Shown one piece after another: positions 10,183 to 19,770 of a DNA stretch of 32,000 bases. How positions within the stretch are numbered: the first letter of the stretch is position 1; the number at the start of each line of letters is the position of its first letter. The translations under genes were made by a program, and so were the position numbers. The notes under the pieces were generated by a model, which saw nothing but the letters and a program-made list of their open reading frames with translations, searched no databases and was not told the DNA's origin. This DNA is from Pseudoalteromonas tetraodonis (lineage in GTDB: Bacteria; Pseudomonadota; Gammaproteobacteria; Enterobacterales; Alteromonadaceae), in contig NZ_CP011042.1 of the NCBI RefSeq assembly GCF_002310835.1, positions 600,001 through 632,000 of the forward strand, read 5' to 3'.

Positions 10183-10254
10183 TTAATACATCCCCGCTGG
10201 GCTTATCACTAAGACCAGTACGAGTAAGACTAAAAGACGAAATTGTGTGTTCAT
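10183..10254 (-). CDS. ilvIH leader peptide (23 aa)
   Basis: Hand translation of the minus strand gives MNTQFRLLVLLVLVLVISPAGMY*. Residues 7-17 are 11 consecutive Leu/Val/Ile codons. It is followed 23 nt later by the terminator hairpin. Confidence 0.7.
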   Translation of the reverse strand: MNTQFRLLVLLVLVLVISPAGMY

Positions 10255-10521
10255 GATGTTTTGCTCTTTAAAATAAAATGCTGTTTAAATTACAATTTTT
10301 GTATGTGGTTATTTTTAAGGCTTTTGCGCGCTCATGTCAACCCAAAACTAACGTTTTTGGATTAAAAATTCATTTTTATATCTTTTTTAATCTTAAATTC
10401 TAATTGTTGTGAAATATCCTCACGTTAAAAGCAGAAATTATGCATTTTTAATTTTAAGGAGTAGGGAGCTTAAATACACATTAATTACATTAAAGTGATA
10501 CAAGCGGTTTTGAGCAGGCAT

Positions 10522-10547
10522 AAAAAAAGCCAACAGATGTTGGCTTT
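10522..10547 (-). terminator. rho-independent terminator of icd
   Basis: Minus strand reads agccaac-atct-gttggct followed by TTTTTTT, 18 nt after the icd stop. Confidence 0.75.
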
Positions 10548-10564
10548 ATAATTCAATTATACTG

Positions 10565-11572
10565 TTACAGACGGTCGATTACTGACTGAGTGAAGTCAGT
10601 TGTACCATGGCTGCCGCCTAAATCGCGAGTAGTACGGTCGCCTGATTTAATTACATCAGCCACTGCGCTACGAATGCGCTCTGCCGTATCGCCCATATTT
10701 AAATGCTCTAGCATTTGAATAGACGCTAAAATAACTGACGTTGGGTTTGCTAGGTTTTTACCTGCAATATCAGGTGCGCTACCGTGAACAGCTTCAAAGA
10801 TAGCCGCATCTTCACCAATGTTAGCACCAGGCGCCATGCCTAAACCACCAACTAAACCAGCACATAAATCAGATAAAATATCGCCGAATAGGTTAGTCGT
10901 TACAATTACGTCAAACTCTTCCGGTGTCATTACTAGTTTCATACAGGTTGCATCAACAATCATTTCAGTTGATTCAATCTCAGGGTAACGTTCAGCCACT
11001 TCACGAGCAACTTTTAAGAACAAACCCGATGTTGATTTTAAAATATTTGCTTTATGAACAGCGGTTACTTTTTTACGGCCTTCGCGTACAGCTAGCTCGT
11101 ATGCAAAAGTAACGATTTTTTCAGCGCCTTCACGCGTGATAACAGACATTGCCTCAGCTTCGTTGCCATCAGCACTCACTACTTGACCTGCACCTGAGTA
11201 CATACCTTGGGTATTTTCACGAACAGTAATAATATCAATGTCATCGTAACGTGCTTTAGTACCTGCGAACGACTTCACAGGACGAACATTAGCGTATAAA
11301 CCAAACTGCTTACGAAGTGTTACATTGATTGATGTAAAGCCTTCGCCTACAGGGGTCGTTAATGGACCTTTTAAAGTGATTTTATTTTTAGCAATCGTGT
11401 CAATTGTTTCTTGTGGAAGCAATTCGCCCGTTTTTTCAAGCGCAGCGAGGCCAGCGTCAACAAATTCATAATCAAAATCGCATCCTGCGGCTTTTAGTAT
11501 TTCAAGTGCTGAGTCGATAATGCTTGGGCCGATGCCGTCGCCTTTGATCACTGTTATGGTTTGTTTGGCCAT
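10565..11572 (-). CDS. icd: isocitrate dehydrogenase, small NAD-IDH/IPMDH-family type (335 aa)
   Basis: GDGIGP near the N-terminus, NLFGDILSD, and SINVTLRKQFGLYANVRP (the S-x-N form typical of isocitrate rather than isopropylmalate enzymes). ATG at 11572 with AAGGA upstream; ORF-track start 11605 rejected. Cofactor specificity not determinable here. Confidence 0.8.
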   Translation of the reverse strand: MAKQTITVIKGDGIGPSIIDSALEILKAAGCDFDYEFVDAGLAALEKTGELLPQETIDTIAKNKITLKGPLTTPVGEGFTSINVTLRKQFGLYANVRPVKSFAGTKARYDDIDIITVRENTQGMYSGAGQVVSADGNEAEAMSVITREGAEKIVTFAYELAVREGRKKVTAVHKANILKSTSGLFLKVAREVAERYPEIESTEMIVDATCMKLVMTPEEFDVIVTTNLFGDILSDLCAGLVGGLGMAPGANIGEDAAIFEAVHGSAPDIAGKNLANPTSVILASIQMLEHLNMGDTAERIRSAVADVIKSGDRTTRDLGGSHGTTDFTQSVIDRL

Positions 11573-11751
11573 GAACTTTTCCTTTAAAGATTTGGATACA
11601 CACATAAATAAAAAATACTCACAGAGTTTAGACTACTTATATGACAGGGGTGCTAAATTTAAGCCGGCATTTATACCAATTTATTGAACATTTTGCCAGT
11701 TTATACTGCAAATACAGGGTATAACTTTAATTTATAGTGATAATAAGTCAG

Positions 11752-13434
11752 CTAAATACTATTGTGCAGACCTAATTGCTGCAGGGATTGATAAAAAATG
11801 GCCTCACTTTTCCAGCCATGGCGGGTGAGTTGTTGATTTAATATCTGCTGTTGCCATGCTGTTAATGGCTGGTTAGGTTTAAGTACGCGCTGGGCTACAA
11901 CTTTCAAAGCTGCCCACAACTTAGCGCTATCATCGAGCTGCTTTTTAGGCAATGTTTCAGCTTTTAATAACGCTATTGCCCAAGGGTCGCTACTAAGTAA
12001 TTCATTAAGCTCATTAGTTAAATGAGGGGTATCAACATTGTTTATGCCAAAAAATGTGCATATTGGCGTATCTAAGGATTTATTCGGTGTTTGGTCTAAG
12101 GTGATTTTTCTAGAAACTTCTGGGCTGTAATTAATTAATAGATAATATAAATAGGCATATAGGCTCAAACTAATGCGTTCACTTTGCAAATTTTTATCGT
12201 GTTTTACTAACAGCTCTACAATGTTGATTAAACAACCCATGCGGGTACACAAAAATGTATGTAAAGGATGGGCAATACTATTTACTAACTGCTCGAAAAC
12301 CATGCCTTGAATAATCGCAGGGGCCTTATCGTAACCGACCATAGACAAGCTATGCCTTAAATCTTTTGCCGGCTGCAGCTCTTTATTATACTGTTTTACT
12401 GCATGGCACACTGATTTTATAACATTAGGATAAGGGGTAAGTAATGTACTTAATGCTTTGTAACTGTACTCTTGTTGGTTTTTTATTTGTTTAACTAATT
12501 CGTACAAAGAAGACTGTGTATCGTCACTCTTATGAACAATATGCAGGTACTCACTGTCCCAAACTTTTAAAAACAAGCGATCGTCATTACACGGCCATGC
12601 CTTTGAGCCATCCTCTAATGATGCTTTTATCCGATACCAGGCCATTTTTGAATTGGCATTATTAACGATAATATGACGGCCTGCCGAATCTGTAGCCAAA
12701 TAAATCATTGTTTGGTCAGCATAAACTACTTGGCTACCTGGTACATATTGTCCAACGTGTGCCACTAAGTCTTTTAATAGCCTCTGTGCAAATGAGTTGG
12801 GGGTTCTTATGTACAAATCAGCTACTGCTTTATAAAAACTAATATGCTGCTGTTTTGCGTTGCAGGTTACGTTAAGCGCCAAAATATTTGCCAAAGCAAC
12901 CAATACACTGGCTCCGTCATAAAGCATGACTTTAGGCGTGTTTAATAATGCGTGTTTGTATTTGGCTAGTTTAGCTAAAATATGGGCAATTTGATGTGCT
13001 GGTTGTTGTGATGTCAATATCACTTTGGCAGCAAGTTTATGGCGTAACTGCCACATTTTAGTGTCGGTATTAGTAAATGTTTGCTGTTGGGCTAGTTTAT
13101 TCAACTGATTAGCAACACAAAGGTGTTCCACCAATGAGACACTGATATAAAGCTCTGTTAAGTGTTTATCGTAATTTTGGCTAGCACTTAATGCACAGGT
13201 TAAAACACATTGATTAACCACTAAATTGGTTGCAAAGCTATAGTGTGTTTTATACAAATTGAGCTGAGCTTGTAACGCCGCTGGGTTTTGTTTATATAAC
13301 GCTGCGTATTGTTCTGCAAGTTTACAAACAATCGGGTAAAAAGTATGCCACTGGTTTTTATTATTATGTGAACCTAAAAGCAACTGTGTGCTTTCGAGTA
13401 GCTTTTTTAGGTTACCCGACAGTGGTGCTTCCAT
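11752..13434 (-). CDS. hypothetical 560-aa soluble protein
   Basis: Long uninterrupted ORF whose ATG overlaps the DUF3192 stop (TAATG). I recognise no catalytic motif. The segment LRHSLSMVGYDKAPAIIQGMVFEQL is vaguely HDOD-like but unproven. Confidence 0.6.
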   Translation of the reverse strand: MEAPLSGNLKKLLESTQLLLGSHNNKNQWHTFYPIVCKLAEQYAALYKQNPAALQAQLNLYKTHYSFATNLVVNQCVLTCALSASQNYDKHLTELYISVSLVEHLCVANQLNKLAQQQTFTNTDTKMWQLRHKLAAKVILTSQQPAHQIAHILAKLAKYKHALLNTPKVMLYDGASVLVALANILALNVTCNAKQQHISFYKAVADLYIRTPNSFAQRLLKDLVAHVGQYVPGSQVVYADQTMIYLATDSAGRHIIVNNANSKMAWYRIKASLEDGSKAWPCNDDRLFLKVWDSEYLHIVHKSDDTQSSLYELVKQIKNQQEYSYKALSTLLTPYPNVIKSVCHAVKQYNKELQPAKDLRHSLSMVGYDKAPAIIQGMVFEQLVNSIAHPLHTFLCTRMGCLINIVELLVKHDKNLQSERISLSLYAYLYYLLINYSPEVSRKITLDQTPNKSLDTPICTFFGINNVDTPHLTNELNELLSSDPWAIALLKAETLPKKQLDDSAKLWAALKVVAQRVLKPNQPLTAWQQQILNQQLTRHGWKSEAIFYQSLQQLGLHNSI

Positions 13435-13829
13435 TAAATTGTTCCATCATTTTGCTCAAGGTATTTTTCATAAGCACTTGGGCCCCACATTATTAGTTGG
13501 CCGTTTTTAAATAATAACCCGGTACATTCATCCATGGTGGTAATGCCATCCGAGGTTTTATGTTGTGTACGATAAAATATAACTTGCCACACCTGTTCAC
13601 CATCGCGCTTGGCGTAGGTTAAATCTGGGCTGCCTAAATATTCAAGCACAGCATTTAGCGTAAAAGAATCTTCTAAGCGCAGTTTTTCAATATAGCGTTT
13701 ATTGAATGCTTCGCGGTCTTGCCAAATCATTGCTTGTGGATCGTCTTTATAAAACATAATAACCGACGTGGCTATCAGTGCATATAAACCTAATCCCAAT
13801 ATCAAATACCTAAAAAACTTTTTAAACAT
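13434..13829 (-). CDS. DUF3192-like small membrane-anchored protein
   Basis: N-terminal TM helix YLILGLGLYALIATSVIMF followed by a ~100-aa domain. Family name from memory. Confidence 0.6.
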   Translation of the reverse strand: MFKKFFRYLILGLGLYALIATSVIMFYKDDPQAMIWQDREAFNKRYIEKLRLEDSFTLNAVLEYLGSPDLTYAKRDGEQVWQVIFYRTQHKTSDGITTMDECTGLLFKNGQLIMWGPSAYEKYLEQNDGTI

Positions 13830-13898
13830 TGCCTACCCAGACCAATATAACTATTACTAGTATACGTATTGCGATCGTTCAGTGCCATTAACTTGCGA

Positions 13899-14672
13899 CT
13901 AATTAAGCCTTAACTGCTTTAAACTAAAGCCTAAGTGGATATCAGTACGCAAACTCACCAATTGTTTAGAAATAACAAACATATCCATATCATCAGCAAG
14001 CTTTTTTTGTAAGCGCGCACTTAATGATTCATCGCTTAATGCCTCTTCGAGAGTGTTGTACTGATTCACCAATTGTTGCGCCGATTTAACACCAATGCCT
14101 TTAACACCTGGAATGTCATTGGTTTTGTCTCCTGCCAGAGCCCAAAAGTCTATGAGTTTGTGTTGTGCCACGCCAAAACGTTCTTGGATATGCTGCTGTG
14201 TGAGCTGTTGCTTTTTAAAGTAATCATACACTTCAATTTGCTCATTTAAATGCGGTAAAAACCCTTTATCGGTAGAGACAATAGTGTTATTTATCTGATT
14301 GTTGGCGGCTTTATGGGCTAATGTTGCAATAATATCATCAGCTTCATCGTTAGTCGGTTCAAATACCACAATGCCGGTTTCTTCGATGGCCGCTTTAAAA
14401 TGTGGCAAGGCTTCTTTTAACGTTTGTGGCATCGGGGCGCGCGAATGTTTGTAATCTTTGTAAAAGTGATAGCGCCAACTTTTATCGCCATCAAATACAG
14501 CAATTGCATGGGTTGCATTAGTGGTTGTTATGAGTTTTTTGCAGGCATGTGCTACTCGAGCGCAGCATGCTTTTAACATATGTTCGTCGCTGTGATGCGT
14601 TTGGTTAGCATCAACAGCATAGATGCGCCTAATTAAATTAAGCGCATCAATAAGAAGTAAATGGGGATTCAA
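13899..14672 (-). CDS. xni: flap endonuclease Xni (ExoIX)
   Basis: NPHLLLIDALNLIRRIYAV, NDEADDIIATLA, STDKGF and IPGVKGIGVKSA are collinear with E. coli Xni/YgdG. TTG start. Lies next to ppnN as in E. coli (ygdG-ygdH). Confidence 0.88.
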   Translation of the reverse strand: MNPHLLLIDALNLIRRIYAVDANQTHHSDEHMLKACCARVAHACKKLITTTNATHAIAVFDGDKSWRYHFYKDYKHSRAPMPQTLKEALPHFKAAIEETGIVVFEPTNDEADDIIATLAHKAANNQINNTIVSTDKGFLPHLNEQIEVYDYFKKQQLTQQHIQERFGVAQHKLIDFWALAGDKTNDIPGVKGIGVKSAQQLVNQYNTLEEALSDESLSARLQKKLADDMDMFVISKQLVSLRTDIHLGFSLKQLRLN

Positions 14673-14680
14673 TTATAAAC

Positions 14681-16024
14681 TCACGCTTTTATTGTATAAC
14701 AAGGAATATACTTACTGCCAGGGAGCTTCATTCTACCTTGTTCTACAAACGCTTGTAAAAGTGTGTCCATTGCTTTCATTAAATCAGGCTCGCCACTGAG
14801 GACATACGGGCCGTCTTTTTTAATCGCATTTAAACCTTCTTCTTTTACATTTCCCGCCACTATTCCCGAAAACGCACGGCGTAAATTAGCCGCTAACTGT
14901 TGTTTGGGTTGATCAAGGTGTAAATCAAGCGACGCCATAGCCTCATGAGAGGGGTAAAAAGGTTGCTGAAAATCACTGTCTATTTTCAAGGTCCAGTTAA
15001 AGTAATACGCATCTCCTTGGCTTTTACGGTATTCGCGTACACCATTCATTGCCGACTTTAACTTTTGGCTTACTAATTGAGGATCATCAATAATCACTTC
15101 AAATTTATCTAGGGCTGCATCGCCTAAAGTCATTTGAATGAATTGACACAGCTCCTCAAAGTAAGCTTCACTTTGTTTTGGACCGGTAAGAATAACAGGT
15201 AAACATTGCTTTTCGTTTTCAGGGTGCAACAAAATGCCTAATAGATACAATAGTTCTTCAGCTGTGCCTGCACCACCAGGAAAAATAATAATGGCATGAG
15301 CGGTGCGAACAAAGGCCTCAAGTCGCTTTTCAATATCGGGTAAAATAACCAGTTCATTCACAATCGGGTTAGGTGGCTCAGCTGCAATAATACTGGGCTC
15401 AGTTAAACCTAAATAACGGTTGTTAGTTATACGTTGTTTGGCATGACCAATAGTGGCGCCTTTCATCGGGCCTTTCATTGCACCAGGCCCACAGCCAGTA
15501 CAAATATTTAACCCGCGTAAGCCTAATTCGTAACCTACTTGTTTAGTGTATTTATATTCTATTTCGTTAATAGAGTGGCCGCCCCAGCATACAATCATGT
15601 TAGGTTCACTATTTACTTTAAGAGCGTCGGCATTTCTAAGCATGTCAAAAACCATGTGGGTAATGGCTTTAGTTTCTTGGAGATTTTTTTCATACTTTTG
15701 GCAAATAAATAAGATATCGCGAATAACCGAAAATATGTGCTCATGTATGCCGGTGACTATGTGGCCGTCAACGAAGGCCGTTTGCGGCGGGTTCTCTAAT
15801 TCAATTTTAATACCGCGTTCACGGCTTACCAAACGAATATCAAAGTCTTTATGTTTTTCGTATATATCGTTACTTACATCGGTATGGCTGCCTACATTAA
15901 GCACAGCTAAAACACAATTTCTGAATAACCTGTAGCGTTCGCTTGTTGATGACTGTTCTAAGAGGTCTACTTCTAGCTGCGATAATAAATCTAATACCCC
16001 TGTTGGGTTTAACTGTATTAGCAT
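14681..16024 (-). CDS. ppnN: nucleotide 5'-monophosphate nucleosidase PpnN (LOG family)
   Basis: Collinear with E. coli YgdH/PpnN: LSQLEVDLL, NMIVCWGGHSINE, NICTGCGPGAMKGPMKGA, and IIFPGGAGTAEELLYLLGIL (PGGxGTxxE). ATG at 16024 has GGAG 7 nt upstream; the ATG at 16030 is only 1 nt from the SD. Confidence 0.9.
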   Translation of the reverse strand: MLIQLNPTGVLDLLSQLEVDLLEQSSTSERYRLFRNCVLAVLNVGSHTDVSNDIYEKHKDFDIRLVSRERGIKIELENPPQTAFVDGHIVTGIHEHIFSVIRDILFICQKYEKNLQETKAITHMVFDMLRNADALKVNSEPNMIVCWGGHSINEIEYKYTKQVGYELGLRGLNICTGCGPGAMKGPMKGATIGHAKQRITNNRYLGLTEPSIIAAEPPNPIVNELVILPDIEKRLEAFVRTAHAIIIFPGGAGTAEELLYLLGILLHPENEKQCLPVILTGPKQSEAYFEELCQFIQMTLGDAALDKFEVIIDDPQLVSQKLKSAMNGVREYRKSQGDAYYFNWTLKIDSDFQQPFYPSHEAMASLDLHLDQPKQQLAANLRRAFSGIVAGNVKEEGLNAIKKDGPYVLSGEPDLMKAMDTLLQAFVEQGRMKLPGSKYIPCYTIKA

Positions 16025-16101
16025 CGGCATTCTCCTTGATACTTCTTGGGTAAATTTACTGCGTAATTATGCCTTGTACTCAAAGGTAGAAATGCATAAC
16101 A

Positions 16102-17631
16102 CTATTTACTAATGCACAGACGATCCCGGCCTGAATTTTTAGCATCGTATAAAGCTTGATCGGCTCTATCAAATGCTTTTAGAGGGGTATCACCCTCTTT
16201 AAATTGGGTTGCGCCTAGCGAAACAGTAATTTCAATTTGTTTGTCTTTAAATTTAAACGGTATCTTTTTAATAGACTGTCTTAATTTATTGAGGTGCGCT
16301 GTCGCGTTTTCAAGTGAAGTGCGTGGCATTAATAGCACAAACTCTTCGCCGCCATAGCGTGCAATAAAGTCTGATTGCCTAATCGACTTTTGCAGCGCTT
16401 TGGCAATAACTTGTAAAGTAATATCGCCCGCAGTATGGCCAAATCGATCGTTGATTGATTTAAAATGGTCGACGTCTATAACAACTAGCGTTATGTCTGA
16501 CGGTTGTTCGTTAAATAAATTAATTTCGTGGTTGTAACGCTCATCAAATGCCGCGCGATTAGGCAGTTTTGTCAGGCTGTCGAGTAAGCTTTTAAACCGT
16601 TGCTCATTTAAACGTTTTTTATAGTTACTGACTTTGTTTTCTAAGCTATTAATTCTTTCATTTATTTGTGTAAAGCTGGCAACTAAAATTCTGCGATCTT
16701 TTTGTTCGAGTTGCTCTTTTTCTAAAATATCTGCACTGAGTGAGCGTAACTCGTTTTCAACTAGCTGCTTTAACGCTGTGATTGAGGTCGCATTTTTTGT
16801 TTGTGTATTTAAACTTTCTAGCTTTTCACCAATGCGTTGATTTATTGAGTCAAATTCAACATTCATTGATTCAGAGTGTTCACTGGTTGATACCAATGAG
16901 CGATGCAGCTCTTCAAGTGTTTGGTTTAATGAAGCTAAAAAGCTTTGCGCTGATTCACGTTCAACGTGAATACTTTTAACAATTAAAGTAATCACATCTA
17001 TTGCGGCATCAAGTAGCTGGTCAACGGCTTTATTTTTAGCAATGCGTTTTTTTATTAAATACAGTGATTCGTTGGCTTCTTCTTCTAGTACGAGCTCACT
17101 AACTAATTTAAACAGCTTTTCAGTGAGCACACTTAGATTGGGTGGTTCAAAGGTATTATTGCTTTTAGCAATTAAAGCTTGATGATAAAAGGTGATCAAT
17201 TGGTTTAATATTGGGATAAACCCATGCACCGATTGTATATCGTCAAGTTGGTTATCTAATAAATGACGCAGCGTTCTGCGGGTTTCGTCAGGCAGGCCTT
17301 TCGTTTGTTGTAACTGTTTTCCTGCATTTTGTACGCTGGTTAACAGGTCGCGTTGATGCGCTAGTTGAATCGCTTCCTGATTTTTTAGCAAGGCCAAAAT
17401 ATCATCTACCAAAGGAGAGAAGTCTTCAAAATCCATTCCTTTGTTTAATGCGCTACGGAACTTTGCTAGGCGGTTATCAAGCTCAATATCAAGTCCTTTA
17501 CAGCTTAAAGATAACTTAGCCGCAAAGTTAGAAAGGGTGTCAACTTGATGTTTACGAGCGCTTTCTATTACTTTTCTACTGTCAATTGCTTGTTTTAGTT
17601 TTTGTTCCACCGTATTGGAGCTCCTAGACAC
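16102..17631 (-). CDS. diguanylate cyclase with a long coiled-coil N-terminal region
   Basis: C-terminal GGDEF domain with RYGGEEF and an RxxD I-site (RQSD) 5 residues upstream. The N-terminal ~330 aa are helical and heptad-rich with no TM segment. GTG start uncertain; alternative GTG at 17610. Confidence 0.85.
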   Translation of the reverse strand: MSRSSNTVEQKLKQAIDSRKVIESARKHQVDTLSNFAAKLSLSCKGLDIELDNRLAKFRSALNKGMDFEDFSPLVDDILALLKNQEAIQLAHQRDLLTSVQNAGKQLQQTKGLPDETRRTLRHLLDNQLDDIQSVHGFIPILNQLITFYHQALIAKSNNTFEPPNLSVLTEKLFKLVSELVLEEEANESLYLIKKRIAKNKAVDQLLDAAIDVITLIVKSIHVERESAQSFLASLNQTLEELHRSLVSTSEHSESMNVEFDSINQRIGEKLESLNTQTKNATSITALKQLVENELRSLSADILEKEQLEQKDRRILVASFTQINERINSLENKVSNYKKRLNEQRFKSLLDSLTKLPNRAAFDERYNHEINLFNEQPSDITLVVIDVDHFKSINDRFGHTAGDITLQVIAKALQKSIRQSDFIARYGGEEFVLLMPRTSLENATAHLNKLRQSIKKIPFKFKDKQIEITVSLGATQFKEGDTPLKAFDRADQALYDAKNSGRDRLCISK

Positions 17632-17835
17632 CTACACACCATTATTTTAATACCTTTATTGGTTTAGTTTACAACAAAAACATATTAATAGTAGGTATGA
17701 GATCAAAAACTTAATGTTTTTAGCAACAAAATACGAACGATCTTAAATATAAGTGTATTTATCGCTTTTAATTCACTTTTAAAATGGGTCTTGTTAACCT
17801 TGGCACAACAATACGTTATATAAAAAAGAGCCTTT

Positions 17836-19626
17836 ATGAAAAAGCTACTTGCCTTATCAATTTTAGCTGCCTGTTCAGCACCGGTATTTGCCGACGTTAA
17901 TTACGCTTTAAACATTTCTCAGCCAGAGCATCATTTAGGTGATGTGAACGTAGAATTTCCTAAAACGGCGCAGTCTTTCTTAGATGTGAAACTTCCAGCA
18001 TGGCGCACTGGTCGTTATGAAATTTTAAATCTTGCCAATGGCGTTCGCTACTTTAAAGCCAGTGATGATGAAGGTAATGCATTAAAGTGGGAAAAGATTG
18101 ACCACAGCACATGGCGCGTTCATTTAAATGAACCCACTGAAGTAAATATAGATTACCAAGTGTATGCCAATGAGCTAGGTAAGCGCGCCCGCCATATTGA
18201 CGACAGCCATGCCTTTATTGATGCGTCAGGCTTTTTTATGTTTAGCGAATCATTTCGCCAAGAGCCAGTAACGGTTGAATTAAACGTCCCTAAAGCATGG
18301 CGCTCTGTGTCAGGCATGGAAAATTATAAAAATAAGCACAGCTTTAAAGCCAGTGACTACGATGTATTAGTTGATTCGCCAATCGAAACCGGTATTAACG
18401 AGCTACGCACTTTTGAAGTTGATGGTCGTGAGTACGAACTGGTGGTATGGGGTGAGGGCAATTACGATATTGAACTGATGCTAACCGATTTGAAAAAGCT
18501 AGTGGCTACCGGCAATGTGATTTGGGACAGCTACCCTTATGAACGTTATGTATTTATGGTACATGCTACATCAGGCGCAAGCGGGGCAACTGAGCACTTA
18601 AACTCAACGATTATTCAGCGCCCACGCGACCGCTTTGCTAAACGTGAAGACTATTTAGGTTTTATAAGTACGGCAGCTCATGAGTTTATTCATACTTGGA
18701 ATGTAAAAGCGTACCGTCCTAAAGGGCTTGCGCCATATGACTACACTAATATTAATTATTCAAAATTGCTATGGATAGCAGAGGGCTCTACCAGCTATTT
18801 TGAAGATCATTTATTAGTGCGTTCGGGTATTCAAACTAACGATGAGTTTTTTAAAGTATTAAGCAAAACCATTAACCGCCACCTCACTACCCCTGGGCGT
18901 GAAGTACAAAGTGCCAGCGAAACCAGTTTTGATAAATGGATAAACCAAGGCGGCGATCACGCACGTAACTACAGCACTAATATTTACCTTGAAGGTTCAT
19001 TATTGTCGATGGCGTTAGATATCGACCTACTTGAAAATAGCCAAGGTAAAATTAGCTACAGAGATGTACATAAAGCGCTTTATAAACAGCATAAATTACC
19101 GGCAGGGTTTACTGAGCAAGACGTACTGGCTATTTTAAAACAACTATCAGGGCGTGATTACAGCGCGTGGTGGCAGGCAAATGTTAGCTCACCAGCCAAC
19201 CTTGATTTTGATGCACTGCTAGCAAAAGTAGGTTTAAGCTTAGAGTTACCAGAAAAAGCCAAGGCCACACCAAGCTTAGATGCATTGACTAAAAATACTG
19301 GCGAGTTACTTACGCTTACCCATGTACGCCGCGATGGTGCAGCATGGCAAGGCGGCTTAACCACCGACGATAAACTCGTCGCTATTAATAAAAAGCATGT
19401 AGGTAAAGACTTAACAGCCAGCCTAGAAACCTTTAAAGCAGGCGATAAAGTCACTGTTGATTTTATTCGTCGTGATGCATTAATGTCGACTGAGCTTGTG
19501 TTGTCTGAAGATTTCGACAAACCTAAAAAAGTGGTTGCGAATAAAAATGCCACTGATGAGCAAAAAGCATTATTTAAAGCATGGATGGGTGTAGCGCATC
19601 CAAATGATGTGAAAAAAGACGACTAA
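17836..19626 (+). CDS. secreted M61-family metallopeptidase (glycyl aminopeptidase-like) with C-terminal PDZ
   Basis: Signal peptide MKKLLALSILAACSAPVFA, zinc motif HEFIHTWN (HExxH), and a C-terminal PDZ-like region GGLTTDDKLVAINKKHV. Confidence 0.8.
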   Translation: MKKLLALSILAACSAPVFADVNYALNISQPEHHLGDVNVEFPKTAQSFLDVKLPAWRTGRYEILNLANGVRYFKASDDEGNALKWEKIDHSTWRVHLNEPTEVNIDYQVYANELGKRARHIDDSHAFIDASGFFMFSESFRQEPVTVELNVPKAWRSVSGMENYKNKHSFKASDYDVLVDSPIETGINELRTFEVDGREYELVVWGEGNYDIELMLTDLKKLVATGNVIWDSYPYERYVFMVHATSGASGATEHLNSTIIQRPRDRFAKREDYLGFISTAAHEFIHTWNVKAYRPKGLAPYDYTNINYSKLLWIAEGSTSYFEDHLLVRSGIQTNDEFFKVLSKTINRHLTTPGREVQSASETSFDKWINQGGDHARNYSTNIYLEGSLLSMALDIDLLENSQGKISYRDVHKALYKQHKLPAGFTEQDVLAILKQLSGRDYSAWWQANVSSPANLDFDALLAKVGLSLELPEKAKATPSLDALTKNTGELLTLTHVRRDGAAWQGGLTTDDKLVAINKKHVGKDLTASLETFKAGDKVTVDFIRRDALMSTELVLSEDFDKPKKVVANKNATDEQKALFKAWMGVAHPNDVKKDD

Positions 19627-19646
19627 CATCGTTTATCATTTTGTTT

Positions 19647-19670
19647 AAAAAGGAGCTTAGCTCCTTTTTT
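19647..19670 (+). terminator. rho-independent terminator
   Basis: aaaaaggagc-tta-gctccttttt followed by one further T (six T in all from the stem's T-run), 20 nt after the stop. Confidence 0.8.
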
Positions 19671-19770
19671 GTTTATTGGGCGCTATATTGTAACAATTTA
19701 TCTCAGCGCAGTTGACCTTACTCATACTTAATGAGTAATCTGCAGGTTCAATAATAAAAGGGATTCTATA

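Noticed and set aside
17794-17822. A sigma-70-like promoter (TTAACC-17nt-TATATA) lies upstream of the M61 peptidase gene.
   Set aside because: The implied transcription start would fall within about 7 nt of the ATG and inside the ribosome-binding site, so it is unlikely to be the functional promoter. No promoters are reported, since none could be supported beyond hexamer resemblance.
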